Source: Candidatus Azosocius agrarius (GTDB taxonomy: Bacteria; Pseudomonadota; Gammaproteobacteria; UBA6186; Azoamicaceae). From it: a stretch of 24,000 nt of DNA. A program made the translations under genes and the position numbers. The stretch covers positions 308,632 to 332,631 of the forward strand of contig CP066692.1 of the NCBI GenBank assembly GCA_016432505.1. Reading direction: 5' to 3'. The notes below the pieces were generated by a model. The model searched no databases. It saw only the letters and a list, made by a program, of their open reading frames with translations, and had not been told where the DNA came from. Every line of letters starts with the position of its first letter. Positions within the stretch are counted from its first letter, which is position 1. Shown here one piece after another: positions 19,970-24,000 of this stretch.

Positions 19970-20533
19970 ATGAATAAAATAAAGTTATTAAGTGGCTATT
20001 TAAAAGGAAAGGAAATTTTATATTATAGTCATTTTGTAAAACCTACTATTTTTATTATTCGTAAAATTTTATTTGATTGGATTAAAGATATTATAAATAA
20101 ATCACGTATTTTAGATATGTTTGGAGGATCTGGAGTTTTAGGTTTTGAAGCATTATCAAGAGGAGCTTCATATTTATTTATTGTGGAAAAGTCTTTTGCT
20201 GTATGTAATTCTATATGTTTAAATATACAGAATTTAAATATTAAGAATGTTAATATTATTAATATTGATGTCTTTGAATGGCTTAACTTATTGCAACTTG
20301 TTAAAAGTTATATTAAATCTTTTGATATTATTTTTATAGATCCTCCATATAATAGTAATTATTTATTTTATTGTTTAAATTTTTTATTAATTAATAATTA
20401 TATTACTAATGATACTTATATTTATATTGAATCTTATATTAATTTTGAAATAGAATTTGTTTTTTTTAAATATAAAATTTTAAAATTTAAAAATATTGGC
20501 AATATTAAATTTTATTTAATTAAAAAATTATAA
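19970..20533 (+). CDS. rsmD: 16S rRNA (guanine966-N2)-methyltransferase RsmD
   Basis: The SAM motif LDMFGGSGVLGFEALSRGA and the catalytic IFIDPPY are present, and the 187-aa length is typical of RsmD. Confidence 0.85.
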   Translation: MNKIKLLSGYLKGKEILYYSHFVKPTIFIIRKILFDWIKDIINKSRILDMFGGSGVLGFEALSRGASYLFIVEKSFAVCNSICLNIQNLNIKNVNIINIDVFEWLNLLQLVKSYIKSFDIIFIDPPYNSNYLFYCLNFLLINNYITNDTYIYIESYINFEIEFVFFKYKILKFKNIGNIKFYLIKKL

Positions 20534-20535
20534 AT

Positions 20536-21747
20536 ATGATTATATATTTAGTTGGTGGTTATATAAGAGATAAAATTTTAGGTATTAAAGCAACTGACAA
20601 AGATTGGGTTATTATTAATGGATTAAAAAATTTTTTAATAAAATATAAATTTTTAAAAATTGGAAAGCATTTTTCTGTTTTTATTCATCCCATTACAAAA
20701 GAAGAATATTCTTTAGCAAGATTTGAAAAAAAATATATATATGGATATAATGGCTTTTATATTAATTGTAATTTTTCTATTACTCTTAAAGAAGATTTAT
20801 ATAGAAGGGATTTAAGTATAAATTCTATTGCGAAAGATGTTTTTTTTAATATTATTGATCCATATGATGGAATGAATGATGTTAAAGTTAGAGTTTTGAG
20901 ACATATATCTATTTTTTTTATGGAAGATCCTGTTAGAATTTTAAGAGTTGCTAGATTTAAGTCTAAATTAAATAATTATAATTTTTTTGTTTCTTATGAA
21001 ACATTGGATTTAATGAGTTATGTAATAAATACATGTGAGATGAAATATTTATCTCCAGAAAGAATATGGAAAGAGTTTATTAAAATTTTTGATTTATTAC
21101 AATTGAAATGTTTTTTTTCTGTATTGTATAAATGTAATGGTTTAAACATTATAAGTCCTGTATTAGATAATTTTTTTTGTTCTGTTGTATTAAAAAGTAA
21201 ATATAAAAATTTATATGTAAAAAATTATATATATACATATATATATATATCTTCCTTTATTTTTAAAAATGTTATTTATAAAATAGTTGTATTTTTTTAT
21301 AAAATTATTAATTTTTTATTTTTATCTGAAGGTTTATTTATTTATGGTAAATATAAAAATATTATTATAAATTTTATTTATAATGTATTTAAATTTTATA
21401 AATTATCCAATATGCATATTTTTTTGATTAGTAATTTATTTTATTTTAACTTATATATTGTTAAATTTTTTTTTTTTGATGAAAGAATTATTGTTAATTT
21501 TTTAGAGTTTTTTGATGCTTTTAGAAGGCCAAATTTATGCAAAAAATTTTTATTATTAATGTTAATAAAAGTAAACATTTTGACTTATAATTTTATCAAT
21601 ATAATAATATTATATGATATATTATCTTTTATAAATAAAAAATATTTTAGTATTAATTTTAATATTTTATTATATAAAAAATGTAAATATTTTTTTTATA
21701 AAAAAAAAATAAATTTATTAAGAATATATTTTTTTTTAAAACAATGA
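20536..21747 (+). CDS. cca: CCA-adding tRNA nucleotidyltransferase (C-terminal half eroded)
   Basis: The N-terminus is MIIYLVGGYIRDKILGIKATDKDWVII (compare MKIYLVGGAVRD.LLG...D.DWVV), followed by ...RRDLSINSIA... and ...EDPVRILRVARF... Length is 403 aa. Residues from ~200 onward are low-complexity F/I/K/Y/N. Confidence 0.87.
   Translation: MIIYLVGGYIRDKILGIKATDKDWVIINGLKNFLIKYKFLKIGKHFSVFIHPITKEEYSLARFEKKYIYGYNGFYINCNFSITLKEDLYRRDLSINSIAKDVFFNIIDPYDGMNDVKVRVLRHISIFFMEDPVRILRVARFKSKLNNYNFFVSYETLDLMSYVINTCEMKYLSPERIWKEFIKIFDLLQLKCFFSVLYKCNGLNIISPVLDNFFCSVVLKSKYKNLYVKNYIYTYIYISSFIFKNVIYKIVVFFYKIINFLFLSEGLFIYGKYKNIIINFIYNVFKFYKLSNMHIFLISNLFYFNLYIVKFFFFDERIIVNFLEFFDAFRRPNLCKKFLLLMLIKVNILTYNFINIIILYDILSFINKKYFSINFNILLYKKCKYFFYKKKINLLRIYFFLKQ
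21226..21250. repeat. (TA)n dinucleotide microsatellite inside cca
   Basis: The sequence tatatatata-c-atatatatatatat is (TA)5, a C, then (AT)7. It encodes ...YIYTYIYI... in the eroded part of cca. Confidence 0.8.
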
Positions 21748-21755
21748 TTGTATAT

Positions 21756-22817
21756 TTATATTTTTTTTTCACAAAATATCATTTTAAAAACTTCACCCAT
21801 TTCTAATGGTGATATTAATTTATTTATTTCTTTATATATTTTTTTAGTATTTTTATTATTAATCTTAATTATTTTTTTTAGATTAAATTTTAATAAAAAT
21901 TTGGATAAATTTGTAAAATTTATATAATTCATATTATTTATTTTTATTGCTTCATATATTGATGTAAAATCTACGTGAGTTGTTATATCTTGAAATCCTT
22001 GATTTAAAAATATATTTTTTGTTGCGTAATGCTTGTAATGGCATATTATCATTCCTTGATGTCTTAAATTATTATAATATTCTTTTCTTATATATCCATA
22101 ATCAAAAAAAAATATATAACCTTTATTTAATATTGATGATATATTTTTAATCCATGGATATAATAATAAATTTATTTCAGATTCATATTTATTTGATTTT
22201 AAATTTATATATTTTATATATTTTGTTAAAGTATTACTAGCTATTATATTTGACCATTGTAATTTATTGAATAGATTTAATGTTATTATTTTTTCTGACA
22301 ATTTATTATTGTTTATTTTAAAAGCATAATTTGGCAATGCATCCAAAACCTCATTACAAATTATTACTCCTTTTAAATTTGTGTATTTTTTTAATGTATT
22401 TATCCATTTTACTTTATATTGAATAAATTTTTTTTTTAAAAAATTTTTTTGAATAATTTTTAATTTTTTACTTATTTCTATAATTTTATATCCCTGACAC
22501 GGAGTGTTTAATGTTGTAAATTGTGATAATATTTTATATGCTAAAGTTCCTGTTCCAGCACCTATTTCTATTACATATCCTCCATTTAATTTTTTTAAAA
22601 TTTTATGTATTTCTATTGATAAACATGTTGAAAATAAAAAACCTATTTCTGGAGCAGTTATAAAATCTCCTTCTTTTCCAATATTTTTTATTGAATTATA
22701 ATAATATCCATATTTTTTATTATATAAACATATTTTCATATATGTGTAAAAATTTATATAATTTTTCATATAAATTATATTTTGAATTTGCTTATTTAAA
22801 TTTTTTTTTGTTTGCAA
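21756..22817 (-). CDS. Class I SAM-dependent methyltransferase, DUF185 / MidA-NDUFAF7 family
   Basis: The segment ...YMKICLYNKKYGYYYN...GKEGDFITAPEIGFLFS... matches the family-typical GDFITsPEI motif. The SAM motif VIEIGAGTGTLAYKIL is also present. Length is 353 aa. The ORF-track start is a TTG; an ATG 16 codons downstream (MKNYINFY...) is an alternative. The gene lies 23 nt downstream of tsaD on the same strand. Confidence 0.75.
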   Translation of the reverse strand: MQTKKNLNKQIQNIIYMKNYINFYTYMKICLYNKKYGYYYNSIKNIGKEGDFITAPEIGFLFSTCLSIEIHKILKKLNGGYVIEIGAGTGTLAYKILSQFTTLNTPCQGYKIIEISKKLKIIQKNFLKKKFIQYKVKWINTLKKYTNLKGVIICNEVLDALPNYAFKINNNKLSEKIITLNLFNKLQWSNIIASNTLTKYIKYINLKSNKYESEINLLLYPWIKNISSILNKGYIFFFDYGYIRKEYYNNLRHQGMIICHYKHYATKNIFLNQGFQDITTHVDFTSIYEAIKINNMNYINFTNLSKFLLKFNLKKIIKINNKNTKKIYKEINKLISPLEMGEVFKMIFCEKKI

Positions 22818-22840
22818 AATTATTTCCTAAATTATATTCA

Positions 22841-23839
22841 TTAAATTTTTAATTTTGTGTGTATATTAATATTATTTGTATTTTCTATTTTATTTCTTAT
22901 AAATTTTTGATATCCTACAAATGATATCATGCCTCCGTTGTCAGTACATAAATTTTTTTTTGGAAAAAAAATTTTAACTTTATTATTTTTTATTAATTTA
23001 ATAAATTTTATTTTTAATTTTTTATTTATACTTACGCCTCCAGCTATAGATAATGTATTAATTTTAGTAAATTCTATTGCGTTGAAGCATTTTATTAACA
23101 ATGTATCTATTATTGTTTCTTGTAATGAATATGCTATATTTTCTACGTTATTTTTTGTTAATTGTGTTTTATTTATTATATTTTTAATGTATGTTTTTAA
23201 TCCACTGAAACTAAAATTTAAATTTTTAATTTTTATTAATGGTTTTGGAAATTGATAATTATTATTAATATTTTTTTTTGCCAATTGTTCAATTTTTGCT
23301 CCTCCTGGATATTCTAATTTTAATAATTTTGCTATTTTATCTATAGTTTCTCCAACTGAATCATCTAAGGTTTCTCCTATTATATCATAAATTCCTATTT
23401 TTTTAACTTTTATTAGCATTGTATGTCCTCCAGATATAATTAATGATATAAATGGAAATGTAGGTTTTTTATTATTTATGAAAGATGAAAAAATGTGGCC
23501 TTCTATATGATTTATATTAATTGTTGGAATTTTTAATTTATAACCTAATGATTTTGCAAACGATGCCCCAATCATAAGGGCACCTGAAAGGCCTGGTCCA
23601 GAAGTATATGCTATAGCTTTTATTTCATATATTTTTATTGAATATAATTTTAATATTTTTAATAGCAATGGAATTAATTTTTGTATATGGTCACGTGATG
23701 AAAGTTCAGGAACGGGCCCTCCAAAATTTTTGTGAATAATTATTTGACTATATATTTCATTACAAATCAATAAATTTTTATTATCATATATTGCTATACC
23801 TGTTTCATCACAAGATGTTTCTATTCCTAATATTTTCAT
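22841..23839 (-). CDS. tsaD: tRNA N6-adenosine threonylcarbamoyltransferase TsaD
   Basis: The sequences MKILGIETSCDETGIAIYD..., ...SGPGLSGALMIGASFAKSL...HIEGHI... and ...LSIAGGVSINKKL... match the TsaD/Kae1 family. The gene is divergent from rpsU, as in E. coli. Confidence 0.96.
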   Translation of the reverse strand: MKILGIETSCDETGIAIYDNKNLLICNEIYSQIIIHKNFGGPVPELSSRDHIQKLIPLLLKILKLYSIKIYEIKAIAYTSGPGLSGALMIGASFAKSLGYKLKIPTININHIEGHIFSSFINNKKPTFPFISLIISGGHTMLIKVKKIGIYDIIGETLDDSVGETIDKIAKLLKLEYPGGAKIEQLAKKNINNNYQFPKPLIKIKNLNFSFSGLKTYIKNIINKTQLTKNNVENIAYSLQETIIDTLLIKCFNAIEFTKINTLSIAGGVSINKKLKIKFIKLIKNNKVKIFFPKKNLCTDNGGMISFVGYQKFIRNKIENTNNINIHTKLKI

Positions 23840-23930
23840 AAATTATTTTTTATATTTTATAATGCTTGCATTATTATATTCTTATTATATTATAATATTT
23901 TACAAATTTATTATTTTAAGGTGATATAAT

Positions 23931-24000
23931 ATGACATATATTATTGTTAGAGATGGTGAACATTTAGATTCAGCAATAAGAAGATTAAAAAGATATGTTG
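23931..24000 (+). CDS. rpsU: 30S ribosomal protein S21, first 23 codons (runs off the right edge)
   Basis: Hand translation gives MTYIIVRDGEHLDSAIRRLKRYV..., compared with E. coli [23 protein letters not shown]. A strong AAGGTGA Shine-Dalgarno site lies at 23918-23924. The gene is divergent from tsaD. Confidence 0.88.
   Translation, partial: MTYIIVRDGEHLDSAIRRLKRYV

Noticed and set aside
22504-23255. 65-aa (22504-22701) and 108-aa (22929-23255) plus-strand ORFs.
   Set aside because: They are antisense to the DUF185 methyltransferase and to tsaD respectively. Both products are low-complexity F/I/L, so they are shadow ORFs.

Overview
This window is the dnaA-proximal core-genome region of an extremely AT-rich, genome-reduced proteobacterial endosymbiont. 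The lineage is probably betaproteobacterial, judging from the native dnaA-dnaN-gyrB order without recF, an ATP synthase c subunit ending ...FTFANPF, and a DUF185/MidA-type methyltransferase; this is tentative. The code is standard: Trp is always TGG and there is no in-frame TGA in conserved genes.

Gene order:
- Minus strand: gyrB (partial), dnaN, dnaA.
- Plus strand, one 12.5-kb head-to-tail block: rpmH-rnpA-yidD-yidC-mnmE-mnmG-atpIBEFHAGDC, ending in the only clear intrinsic terminator.
- Then glyS-glyQ-fmt (minus), rsmD-cca (plus), tsaD plus a DUF185 methyltransferase (minus), and the start of rpsU (plus).

Every long ORF is accounted for by a housekeeping gene. I see no tRNA or rRNA genes, CRISPR arrays, mobile elements, or defence, secretion or toxin modules. 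I therefore do not find a discrete novel multi-gene system here.

The observations worth a second look concern composition and gene erosion:
- rpmH is a ~54% GC island using only CGN arginine codons.
- Sampled 60-nt stretches range from 7% to 50% GC, tracking protein conservation, and Shine-Dalgarno sites are present or absent along the same split.
- rnpA is Phe-rich with a degraded RNR motif.
- DnaA has apparently lost its DNA-contact and arginine sensor residues, and the adjacent spacer has no canonical DnaA box but does carry an 11-bp inverted repeat.
- cca has an eroded C-terminal half.
- An uncharacterised NDUFAF7/MidA-like methyltransferase is retained behind tsaD.
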